DNA from: Thermoanaerobaculia bacterium
GTDB taxonomy: Bacteria > Acidobacteriota > Thermoanaerobaculia > UBA5066 > Gp7-AA6
Length of the DNA: 64,000 nucleotides
Assembly (NCBI GenBank): GCA_041483715.1
Contig: JBGPGG010000002.1
Location: 7,703-71,702, forward strand
Direction of reading: 5' to 3'
The stretch's first letter is position 1. Every line of letters begins with the position of its first letter. Positions 37,883-46,399 of the stretch are shown here, one piece after another. Position numbers and translations under genes: made by a program. Below the pieces are notes generated by a model. It searched no databases and had not been told where the DNA came from. It saw nothing but the letters and a program-made list of their open reading frames with translations.

Positions 37883-39056
37883 CGCGCGCGCGCAGGTACT
37901 CGTCCAGGTCCTTGTCGCCGCGGCCGGAAAGATTGACGAGAATCCAGGCCGAGCGCGGCCACTTCCGGGCCAGCTTCGCCGCGAACGCAACGGCGTGCGC
38001 CGACTCGAGCGCCGGCAGTATCCCCTCCAGCTCGCAAACGAGCGCGAACGCGTCCAGCGCCTCGCTGTCGGACACCTTCGTGTAGGTCACCCGCCCGCGG
38101 TCGTGCAGATCAGCGTGCTCCGGGCCGACGGCCGGATAGTCGAGGCCCGCCGAAACCGAATGCGTGGGCAGAACCTGCCCGGCCTCGTCCTGCAGAAGCA
38201 TCGTGCGCGTTCCGTGGAGGACCCCCGCGGCTCCGCCCGAGAACCGCGCCGCGTGCTCCCCCGGTCCCCCTCCGCGACCGCCGGCCTCGACACCGTAGAG
38301 GGCGACCCGGGAGGCGAGGTACGCCGAGAAGAGACCAATCGCGTTCGAGCCTCCACCAACGCAGGCGACGGCGGCACGCGGATCGCGGCCGGCCAGCTTT
38401 CGAAACTGGGCGCGCGCCTCCCGCCCGATCACCGACTGGAACTCGCGCACCATGGACGGGTACGGGTGCGGGCCCAGGACGGAGCCGAGCACGTAGTGCG
38501 TCGTCGCGACGTTCTCGGTCCAGTCGCGCATCGCCTCGTTGATGGCGTCCTTCAAGGTCTTCGAGCCCGCGTCGACACCGACCACCTCCGCGCCGAGCAG
38601 CCGCATGCGCGACACGTTCGGCGCCTGTCGGGCCATGTCCGTCACGCCCATGTAGACGCGGCATGGGATTCCGATCTTTGCCGCGGCCGCGGCAGTGGCC
38701 ACGCCGTGCTGGCCGGCCCCGGTCTCGGCGACCACGCGGGTCTTGCGCATCTTCTTCGCGAGCAGAACCTGTCCGAGCGCGTTGTTCAGCTTGTGCGCGC
38801 CCGTGTGCAGCAGGTCCTCGCGCTTGAAGGCGATGCGCGCTCCGCCGCAGTGTTCGCTCAACGCCCGAGCGAAGGTCACCGGGGTCGGCCTTCCGGCGTA
38901 GTTGCGAAGTAGTTCCTCGAGCTCGGCGCGAAAACCGCGATCGCGACCCCACTTTGCGAAAGCCCTCTCGAGCTGTGCCAGCGGGCCCATCAGCGTCTCG
39001 GGCGCAAACTGCCCTCCGTACTCGCCGAAGTACCCCTTGCGGCTAGGACGCTTCAG
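37824..39056 (-). CDS. trpB: Tryptophan synthase beta chain (start extended to CTG 39056 beyond the track ATG at 38990)
   Basis: HTGAHKLNN and GGGSNAIG are present. The conserved N-terminal [15 protein letters not shown] is encoded upstream of the first ATG. GGAGG lies 6 nt before the CTG, and an in-frame TGA occurs at 39071-39069. Confidence 0.9.
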   Translation of the reverse strand: MKRPSRKGYFGEYGGQFAPETLMGPLAQLERAFAKWGRDRGFRAELEELLRNYAGRPTPVTFARALSEHCGGARIAFKREDLLHTGAHKLNNALGQVLLAKKMRKTRVVAETGAGQHGVATAAAAAKIGIPCRVYMGVTDMARQAPNVSRMRLLGAEVVGVDAGSKTLKDAINEAMRDWTENVATTHYVLGSVLGPHPYPSMVREFQSVIGREARAQFRKLAGRDPRAAVACVGGGSNAIGLFSAYLASRVALYGVEAGGRGGGPGEHAARFSGGAAGVLHGTRTMLLQDEAGQVLPTHSVSAGLDYPAVGPEHADLHDRGRVTYTKVSDSEALDAFALVCELEGILPALESAHAVAFAAKLARKWPRSAWILVNLSGRGDKDLDEYLRAREGGRRKTENGKRKPEGGGV

Positions 39057-39660
39057 AGTCGGCCTCCTTCACCGCCGCGAAAAAGCGCTCGAGCTTTTCG
39101 CGATCCTTGATGCCCGGAGCGCTTTCCACGCCCGAAGCGACGTCCACGCCGGCGGGCCTCAATCTTCGAATCACAGCGCCCACACTCTCCGGGTCGAGGC
39201 CTCCCGCCACGAGGACCGGCACGGGCCAACTCGCCTCCTCGAGGCGGGCGGGATCGAGAGTCTTCCCGGTCCCCTCGCTCGGATCGAAGAGCACGGCGTG
39301 GCAACGCACCAGGATCTCGCGGCGCGGTACCGCGAAATCGCCACCGGCCGGTCGCGCCACCGCGATGATCGGGACCGGCGAGCGAGCGACCTCTTCCTCC
39401 GTCAGCCTTCGGTGCAGTTGCACGAGCTGGAGCCGGCCGGCCTCGATCGCCCGGGCGATGGTGTCGGCGTCCTCTCCCGCGAAAACGCCCACCCTCAGCA
39501 CGCCGGGCGCCGCCGCCGCGGCGAGCTCCCGCGCGATCGCGCTCGTCACCCGGCGCGGCGAAGACGCGACGAAGTTGAAGCCCACGTAGGCCGCTCCGAG
39601 CTCGCAGGCCGCCGCGACGTCTTCGGGCCGCGTCAGCCCGCAGATCTTGACGGCCGTCAT
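39043..39660 (-). CDS. trpF: Phosphoribosylanthranilate isomerase
   Basis: Starts [15 protein letters not shown], with GLDPESV later in the protein. Confidence 0.9.
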   Translation of the reverse strand: MTAVKICGLTRPEDVAAACELGAAYVGFNFVASSPRRVTSAIARELAAAAAPGVLRVGVFAGEDADTIARAIEAGRLQLVQLHRRLTEEEVARSPVPIIAVARPAGGDFAVPRREILVRCHAVLFDPSEGTGKTLDPARLEEASWPVPVLVAGGLDPESVGAVIRRLRPAGVDVASGVESAPGIKDREKLERFFAAVKEADSEAS

Positions 39661-40424
39661 CCGCGCAGTCCCCGCAGCTCCTCTTCGGGGTCCTCCGCAC
39701 GCAGCAGCGTCTCGCCCACGAGGAAGGCTTCGAAACCGGCCGCCGCGAGCCTCTCGATGTCGGCCCGACTCCGGATCCCGCTCTCGGCCAGGCGGACGGG
39801 ACCGGGCGGAATCTCCTTCGCCATCGCCTCGAGCGAGGAAAGGTCGGTCTGGAAACTCGTGAGGTCCCGCGCGTTGACGCCGAGCACTTCCGGTGCGAGC
39901 ACGGCGGCCTGCCGGATTTCCAGGGCTCCGTGCGCCTCGAGGACGACGGCGAGGCCGCGGTCCCGGGCCCCCGCGCGCAGCCGCACGAGGTCCCGCTCCG
40001 GCAGGGCCCGCACGATGAGCAGGATCGAATCGGCCCCGAGGGAAACCGCGAAGTCGAGCTGCCGCTCGTCGATGACGAAATCCTTCATGAGCACGGGCAG
40101 GCCCGACATCGTCTTCATGCGGACCAGCCACTCGGGGTCGCCGCCGAAGTGGTCCTGCTCGGTCACGACCGAGATCGCGGCCGCGTGGCCGCGCCGGTAG
40201 AAGAGCGCGAAGCTCTCGACCTTGCCGTCGGGGTTCGCGAGGATCTCTCCGGCGGACGGCGAGCGCGCCTTGAACTCGGCGATGATCCGCGTGCCCGGCT
40301 CGCGCAGGGCTGCGACGAACCGGGCGCCGTCGGCAGGGCGCGCCGCCGCGCCGCGCCCCGCGTACTCGCCGCGCGCGAGCCGCGTCTCTTTGGCCGCGAG
40401 GATTTCCGTCAGTACGTCGCTCAT
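39657..40424 (-). CDS. trpC: Indole-3-glycerol-phosphate synthase
   Basis: IIAEFKARSPSAG, KDFVIDERQ and LGVNARDL. Confidence 0.9.
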   Translation of the reverse strand: MSDVLTEILAAKETRLARGEYAGRGAAARPADGARFVAALREPGTRIIAEFKARSPSAGEILANPDGKVESFALFYRRGHAAAISVVTEQDHFGGDPEWLVRMKTMSGLPVLMKDFVIDERQLDFAVSLGADSILLIVRALPERDLVRLRAGARDRGLAVVLEAHGALEIRQAAVLAPEVLGVNARDLTSFQTDLSSLEAMAKEIPPGPVRLAESGIRSRADIERLAAAGFEAFLVGETLLRAEDPEEELRGLRG

Positions 40425-41443
40425 GCCGAGCGCGAGGCCTGCTTCAGCCTCTCGAAACACTCCGCCGCCGCCCCGCTCTCGATCGAGACCCGCGCGCGCT
40501 CGCAACCCTCGCCGAGGTCGGCGGCGCGCCCCTCGACGACGAGCGCCATGCCGACGTTGAGCAGCACCGCCTCGCGTCGGGCGCCGGGCTCGCCCTCGAG
40601 CAGCCGCGCCAGCATCGCGGCGTTCTCGGCGGCGTCGCCCCCCGTGAGCTCCTCGACCGAAACCGGCCTCTGCGTCAGCATGCCCGGATCGAAGCTCCAG
40701 GGACGGGTCCACCCGTCCAACACCTCGACGCCCGCCGCGGGCGTGCCCGGCACGAGCTCGTCGAGCCCGTTATCGGAGTGGAACACGACAGCCCGCTCGG
40801 TGCCGAGCGCGGCGAGGGCGTCGCCGAGCAGCCGCACGAGCTCGGGCCGGCCGACCCCGATCAGTTGCCGCGTGGCCCCGGCCGGGTTCGCGAGAGGGCC
40901 GAGGGCGTTGAAGATGGTGCGGATGCCGAGCTCGCGCCGCACGTTGCCGAGCTCCTTCATCGCCGGGTGGAACGCCGGCGCGAAGAGAAAGACGATTCCC
41001 ACCTCGTCGAGCACGCGCCCGGCGCCGGCGGGATCGAGATCGACGCGGACCCCGCTCGCCTCGAGCACGTCGGCCGAGCCCACGCGCGAGGAGATCGAAC
41101 GGTTGCCGTGCTTGGCCACCGCAGCCCCCGCCCCCGCCGCCACGACCGCGGCGGCAGTAGAGACGTTGAAGAGATTCCTTCCGAGCCCGCCCGGGCCGCA
41201 CGTGTCGAGCAGCGGCGACCGCCGGCTCTCGACGCGCCGCATCCGGCGGCGCAGGGCCGTCACCGCTCCTGCAATCTCTTCGGACGTCTCCCCGCGCGTC
41301 GCGATGCCGAGCAGGATCGCACCCTTTTGCGCTTCGGTGGCCCGGCCGTCCATGAGATCGCCGAAGGCCTCCTCGGCGAGCGCGCGCGGCAGCGGCTTTC
41401 TCGCCGCAACGATCCGAAGCGCCTCGGCAATGCTCGGCGTCAT
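40421..41443 (-). CDS. trpD: Anthranilate phosphoribosyltransferase
   Basis: DTCGPGG, KHGNRSISS and GIRTIFNALGPLANP. Confidence 0.95.
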   Translation of the reverse strand: MTPSIAEALRIVAARKPLPRALAEEAFGDLMDGRATEAQKGAILLGIATRGETSEEIAGAVTALRRRMRRVESRRSPLLDTCGPGGLGRNLFNVSTAAAVVAAGAGAAVAKHGNRSISSRVGSADVLEASGVRVDLDPAGAGRVLDEVGIVFLFAPAFHPAMKELGNVRRELGIRTIFNALGPLANPAGATRQLIGVGRPELVRLLGDALAALGTERAVVFHSDNGLDELVPGTPAAGVEVLDGWTRPWSFDPGMLTQRPVSVEELTGGDAAENAAMLARLLEGEPGARREAVLLNVGMALVVEGRAADLGEGCERARVSIESGAAAECFERLKQASRSA

Positions 41444-42012
41444 CCGCGCACCCTGAGAAAGTTCGCCAGAAGCTTCTCTCCTTCCGGAGTCAGCACGGAC
41501 TCCGGATGGAACTGGACTCCGTACACGGGCTTCGAGCGGTGCGCGAGCGCCATGGCGAGGCCATCGTCGCTGTGCGCCGTGATGGTGAGATCGGCGGGCA
41601 ACCCTTCTTCCCGGACCACGAGCGAATGGTACCGCCCGGCCTCGAAGGGGTTGGCGATCCCGTCGAAAAGCCGGGACCCGTCGTGCCGGATTGGCGAGCT
41701 CTTGCCGTGCCTCGGCGCCGGCGCGCGCTCGACCGTCCCGCCATGAAAGGCCGCGATGGCCTGGTGACCGAGGCAGACGCCGAGCAGCGGCAGGCCAGCG
41801 CGTTCGGCCGCGGCGATCATCTCGATCGATCGGCCCGCCTTCTCCGGGCGTCCCGGCCCGGGCGAAATCACGATCGCGCGCGGCCGGCGCTCCAGTACGG
41901 CCTCCGGCTCGAACCGGTCGTTGCGCGCGACCTCGACCCGGTCGTCGAGCTTCCCGAGCGCCTGCACGAGGTTGTAGGTGAAGGAGTCGTAGTTGTCGAC
42001 GACGAAAATCAT
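41440..42012 (-). CDS. trpG: Anthranilate synthase component II (glutamine amidotransferase)
   Basis: VVDNYDSFTYNLV, GVCLGHQ and GVQFHPES. Confidence 0.95.
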   Translation of the reverse strand: MIFVVDNYDSFTYNLVQALGKLDDRVEVARNDRFEPEAVLERRPRAIVISPGPGRPEKAGRSIEMIAAAERAGLPLLGVCLGHQAIAAFHGGTVERAPAPRHGKSSPIRHDGSRLFDGIANPFEAGRYHSLVVREEGLPADLTITAHSDDGLAMALAHRSKPVYGVQFHPESVLTPEGEKLLANFLRVRG

Positions 42013-43529
42013 GAGAATGTCGGATTTCGGATTTCGGATTTCGGATTTGCGGGACCGAACCATTCGCGGGCGAGATCGATGGCTGTGAAGAGGGCACGGG
42101 CTTTCGATTCCGCCTCGGCGTATTCCTTCTCGGGGACGGAATCGGCGACGATGCCGGCGCCCGCCTGGACGCGCCACAGCCCCTTCTCGACCACGGCCGT
42201 CCGGATAGCAATCGCCATGTCGCAGTTCCCGGCGGCGTCGAAGTAACCGACCGCGCCGCCGTACACGCCGCGCCGGGCCGCTTCGAGGGCGTCGATCAAC
42301 TCCATCGCACGGATCTTCGGCGCGCCCGTCAGCGTGCCGGCAGGAAAGCAGGCGGCCAGGGCGTCCGCGGCGCCCCGCCCGGCCGCAAGCCGCCCGCGGA
42401 CCTCGGAGACAAGATGCTGGACGTGGGAGAACTTCTCCACCGCCGCGTACCGGGGAACGGTCACGCTTCCGATCTCGCAGACGCGGCCGAGGTCGTTGCG
42501 GGCGAGGTCCACGAGCATCACGTGCTCGGCGCGTTCCTTCGGATCGGCGAGCAGCGACGCCGCAAGCCGCGCGTCTTCCTCGGGCGTCGCGCCGCGGGGA
42601 ACCGTCCCCGCGATCGGGCGCGTCTCGACCTCCCGACCGCGGCATCGGACGAGCATCTCGGGCGAGGAGCCGAGGATGCACGCCTCGCGCGTCTCGAGGT
42701 AATAGAGATACGGCGACGGATTCAAAGCGCGCAGGGCACGGTACACGTCGAAAGGGTCGAGACCGATGCGAGCGGTCCAGCGCTGTGAAAGAACGCACTG
42801 GTAGACCTCGCCGGCGGCGATGGCTTCCTGGATTGCGCCGACGGCGTCGAGGAAAGCAGGCTTCGGCATCAGCGGCGCGAAGGCCTCGGTGGCCGCGGCT
42901 GCCTCGCGCCGGGGCGGATCCGGCCGTCCGAGGAAGGCCTCCAATCGGTCGAGCCGCGCGACGGCGCGGTCCACTTCGCGCTCCGCGTCGGAGCTCCCGG
43001 TGAGGTCGAGCGTCGTCAGGAGCAGCAGGCGCTGCCGCGGATGGTCGAAGGCGGCGACGGCGTCGTAAAGCAGGAAGAGAGCGTCCGGAATCCCACCCTC
43101 GCGGGAATGCCGGTCGGGGATCTCTTCGAAGAGACGCGCGGCGTCGTAGCAGAGATAACCGACGGCCCCGGCGGCCAGCGGCGGCAGCTCGGGATCGGGC
43201 ACGAAGCGCTCCCGGCGCACGATCCGCTCGAGCGCCCAGAGCGGATCGCCCGCGCAGGGCTCGACGACGCCGTTTCGCTCGAGAAGGGCTTCCCCGTTCT
43301 CCACCATCCAGCGCCCGATGGGTCCCATCCCAAGAAACGTGTAGCGGGCCACCGTCTCGCCGCCCTCGACGCTCTCGAGAAGGAAGCACTCCGACCCGGA
43401 AGCCCGCATGCGCGAGAAGAGCATCACGGGCGTGAGGAGATCCGACGGAAACACGCGCGCGACCGGAACGCACATGCCCGGCCGGGCCCGAGCGAGGAAT
43501 TCGCGCCGCTCTTCACCTCGCTCTCTCAC
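42009..43529 (-). CDS. trpE: Anthranilate synthase component I
   Basis: The GTG start overlaps the aroDE stop (GTGA). LLESVEGG, the GAVGYF region and GAGIVADS are present. Confidence 0.9.
   Translation of the reverse strand: MRERGEERREFLARARPGMCVPVARVFPSDLLTPVMLFSRMRASGSECFLLESVEGGETVARYTFLGMGPIGRWMVENGEALLERNGVVEPCAGDPLWALERIVRRERFVPDPELPPLAAGAVGYLCYDAARLFEEIPDRHSREGGIPDALFLLYDAVAAFDHPRQRLLLLTTLDLTGSSDAEREVDRAVARLDRLEAFLGRPDPPRREAAAATEAFAPLMPKPAFLDAVGAIQEAIAAGEVYQCVLSQRWTARIGLDPFDVYRALRALNPSPYLYYLETREACILGSSPEMLVRCRGREVETRPIAGTVPRGATPEEDARLAASLLADPKERAEHVMLVDLARNDLGRVCEIGSVTVPRYAAVEKFSHVQHLVSEVRGRLAAGRGAADALAACFPAGTLTGAPKIRAMELIDALEAARRGVYGGAVGYFDAAGNCDMAIAIRTAVVEKGLWRVQAGAGIVADSVPEKEYAEAESKARALFTAIDLAREWFGPANPKSEIRNPTFS
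42021..42048. repeat. Heptanucleotide tandem array (CGGATTT)x4
   Basis: Read directly from the sequence. It lies inside the last 13 codons of trpE, 9 nt from the trpG ATG. Confidence 0.9.
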
Positions 43530-45004
43530 GCCGGCATACCCGCGCGAAGGATCTGCATCACTTCTTCGGGCGTGACGCCCTTGGCCCCGAAGAGCTCCGC
43601 CTGGCGCACCGCCTGGACGGTGAACATTCGGAGGCCCTCGACCGTCGGGCATCCCGCCGCGCGCGCCGCGCGAATCGTTGAGGTCTCGCGGCCGTCGCGC
43701 CGGTACACGCAGTCGAACACCAGCGGTCGCTCCTCGAGGAGGCGCTCGGGGATCGCGGGCGGGTCCTCGTCGCGCCAGCCGACCGGCGTGGCGTTGACGT
43801 AGAGGTCCGCCTCGCTCGCGGAAAGGTCGCTCCAGGCCATCGAATCGACGTGGAGAGCCTCCGCCAGCCGGTCGGCCTCAGCGTCGCGCCGGGCCGTCAC
43901 GACGACCTCGTAGCCGAGGCGGCGCGCGGCAACGACGACGGCGCGGGCCGCGCCGCCCGCTCCGACGACCACCGCGCTGCGGCCCTCTCCCGTGCCGTGG
44001 TCCGCCAGCGGATCGAAGACCCCGTCCACGTCCGTGTTCTCCGCGCGCCAGACCCCGCGGGCGCGCACGAGCGTGTTCGAGGCCCCGATGAGGCGGACGT
44101 CCTCGGAGGGCCGGCCCGCGCGCGCCGCCGCGAGCTTCCACGGCTGCGTGACCGCGAATCCGCGGAAGGGCGGATCGAACTCGATCTCGTGCGGCTTCTC
44201 CCGGTCGAAGTCCGCGACCTGCAGCGGCAGGTAGAGAAATGGCAGGTCTCGAGCCCGGAAGAGCGTGTTGTGTAGCAGCGGCGAGAGTGAACGCGCCGTG
44301 CTCCCGGCGATTACGCCGAAAAGCGCCTCGATCGAGCGCGGGCGATCCACCTCGTACACGGCGAGGAGATCCCCGATCGGAATCTGGCCCGCCGCGGTCT
44401 CGCTTTCGACCGGGCCGTAGACGAGCGCCGCGCCGAAGAGCGCCGACAGCACGCGGCCCGGAGCGCTCGCCGGCCCCATCGGAAAGATCGAGACGCCCTC
44501 GCCCTGCCGCTTCTGGAGCTCCGCGATACGCAGGCTCCCCGCAAGGTCCGAGGCGCCCGCGACGAGCTTGACCGCATGCGCGCCGGCTGTGCGCATCGAA
44601 GACAGCCTCGCCTCCCAGTCGCACGCAAGTGCAAAGGGCGAATGCAGCGAAACGACGACCCGCTCCCGTTCCGGAAAAGCGTCCCGGCCCCCGAGCAGAC
44701 CCCGCGCGTGCTCCACATCCACCGTCGCTCCCGAGACGTAGGCCTCGTCGACGAGCCGCCGGTACTCCTCGGCCGAGCCGGAGAAGCTGCCGCCCTCGGC
44801 CATCGAGCGCCAGGTCAGGACTACCGGCCGCGGATCGAGCGAAACCAGCGCCGCGGCCGGGATCGGGTGCTGCGCCAGATCCATCCGGAACTCGATCGCG
44901 TTCGCTCCGGCCGGAACCCGCGCAACGAGACGCTGCGCGTCCGCCGCGTCTTTCGGCGCGAGCGACGCGATGTGCGCGGGCATCGGAAGAATTCTCTTCG
45001 CCAT
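43526..45004 (-). CDS. aroDE: Bifunctional 3-dehydroquinate dehydratase (type I) / shikimate dehydrogenase
   Basis: The N-terminal half is AroD-like (IEFRMDL, VVSLH, AVKLV). The C-terminal half is AroE-like (FAVTQPWK, NTLV, NTDVDG, VVGAGGAARA). ATG 45004 is preferred over TTG 45013. Confidence 0.85.
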   Translation of the reverse strand: MAKRILPMPAHIASLAPKDAADAQRLVARVPAGANAIEFRMDLAQHPIPAAALVSLDPRPVVLTWRSMAEGGSFSGSAEEYRRLVDEAYVSGATVDVEHARGLLGGRDAFPERERVVVSLHSPFALACDWEARLSSMRTAGAHAVKLVAGASDLAGSLRIAELQKRQGEGVSIFPMGPASAPGRVLSALFGAALVYGPVESETAAGQIPIGDLLAVYEVDRPRSIEALFGVIAGSTARSLSPLLHNTLFRARDLPFLYLPLQVADFDREKPHEIEFDPPFRGFAVTQPWKLAAARAGRPSEDVRLIGASNTLVRARGVWRAENTDVDGVFDPLADHGTGEGRSAVVVGAGGAARAVVVAARRLGYEVVVTARRDAEADRLAEALHVDSMAWSDLSASEADLYVNATPVGWRDEDPPAIPERLLEERPLVFDCVYRRDGRETSTIRAARAAGCPTVEGLRMFTVQAVRQAELFGAKGVTPEEVMQILRAGMPA

Positions 45005-45016
45005 GAAAATCAAAAA

Positions 45017-45041
45017 CCCCCGAGCCCTTCCGGGCCGGAGG
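45017..45041 (-). terminator. Intrinsic terminator / attenuator hairpin immediately upstream of aroDE
   Basis: The minus strand reads CCTCCGGCCC-GGAA-GGGCTCGGGGG followed by TTTTTGATTTTC and then the ATG. Confidence 0.6.
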
Positions 45042-45100
45042 TTCGAATTATCGTCGTTCTGGTTCGCCCCGGCCGAAAGTGTCGGCAGGGCAAGATCGCC

Positions 45101-45154
45101 CTACCGGGATTCCTCCCGCCACCACCACTGAGCCGTCGGACGCAAACAACTCAC
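45101..45154 (-). promoter_or_regulatory. Putative trp leader peptide with three consecutive Trp codons
   Basis: The minus strand reads GTG AGT TGT TTG CGT CCG ACG GCT CAG TGG TGG TGG CGG GAG GAA TCC CGG TAG. The start codon is uncertain (GTG 45154 or TTG 45145). Confidence 0.5.
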
Positions 45155-45186
45155 GGCACCGAGCCTACGTCCCAGTCCGGAGGCTG

Positions 45187-46392
45187 TCAAGGCCGCTCCT
45201 CGAGACGGAATGACAGCGGCAACTTTTGCGGAGGCGTATAGGCCCAATCTGCGAACCGACCCTCGAAGGAGACCGTCACGGCCCCGTCCCCGCCTGACGA
45301 CACGTTCCAACTTGAACCCCGGCAGACTCTCGACTCGAGGTCCGGCATGCGCTCTGGCCACGAACCGTCCGACGACCGAAGAGCTCGAAGTTCGAGAAGA
45401 GAGGCCGAGAGCTCCGCTTCGAGCAAGAGTCGGTAGAGCCGAAACAGTGTGCTCAACTGGTTCGGGAGAGCGATCCCGGCGAGCACCAGCTCGGGGCCTC
45501 CGGGAAAGAAGGGCTTCCAAACGTCCTTCGACAGATCTTCCGAGAATCCGCACGGATCCTGGCTCGCCAGCGATTCCGCAAGGCGAGCCCTACCGGAAAG
45601 GTATGCCGCCATCTCCCTGGATCGCGACATTCCGCGAGTGTCGCCGACGAACACACCTACGGCGTCGTCGCGCAGCGAGGCGATCACTGACGAGCGAAGC
45701 CCGTCGAACCGAAGGCGTGCCACCCACGGAGTTGGCGTAAACGCGCCTTTTCTGAGTGCTCCCGCCTGCCATCGACCGACGCTGATCGCCACCATCTTCG
45801 ATATGAGATCCGGACGCTCGATCAACGGCTGATTCAAAATCCAGGACGCTTCCAGCACACGCGATGCCTCTGCGAACTGACCTGTCTGCAGATCGACGAG
45901 CGCCTGGCCCACGAGCAGCTTCTGCAGTCGCACATGTCCCATGAAGTTCGGCCCCGGTGCCCCGGCGCCCAGGCGGACGTCGAGGGCCCAGCGCGGCATC
46001 TCGCCTCCCGCGAGGAGCCCGACGGTTCTTTGCATCGTCTCGGCATTGAGGAGGAGAAACTCCCGAAGCGCCTCCGGCGGCACCTCGATGGCGTCCGTGT
46101 CCGACTCGATCTGTCGGCTCAAATACGCGCCCGCACCGTTCGCGGCGGCTCGCGCGAGGGCGTCCGGTGCCGGGTGGGGGCGATCGACGACGGGAGGCGC
46201 GAGATCTATCCCGAGTTCAGCGGCGAGACTTTCGAGCTCGAGCGCGGCGGGGTTGACCTCGACCGGCGGATACCGGGCTTCGAACTCCGCGATCGCCCGG
46301 GCAATCTCTGGGACCACCGGGGGCGTCGGCGTGGGCGTGGGCTTAGGACGGCCCGCAAGGAAGACGACCAGGAGCCCAACGGGCGCAAGCAT
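45187..46392 (-). CDS. Hypothetical exported/anchored protein
   Basis: Internal start MLAPVGLLVVFLAGRPKPTPTPTP. No family was recognised. Confidence 0.6.
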   Translation of the reverse strand: MLAPVGLLVVFLAGRPKPTPTPTPPVVPEIARAIAEFEARYPPVEVNPAALELESLAAELGIDLAPPVVDRPHPAPDALARAAANGAGAYLSRQIESDTDAIEVPPEALREFLLLNAETMQRTVGLLAGGEMPRWALDVRLGAGAPGPNFMGHVRLQKLLVGQALVDLQTGQFAEASRVLEASWILNQPLIERPDLISKMVAISVGRWQAGALRKGAFTPTPWVARLRFDGLRSSVIASLRDDAVGVFVGDTRGMSRSREMAAYLSGRARLAESLASQDPCGFSEDLSKDVWKPFFPGGPELVLAGIALPNQLSTLFRLYRLLLEAELSASLLELRALRSSDGSWPERMPDLESRVCRGSSWNVSSGGDGAVTVSFEGRFADWAYTPPQKLPLSFRLEERP

Positions 46393-46399
46393 CTGCCGA

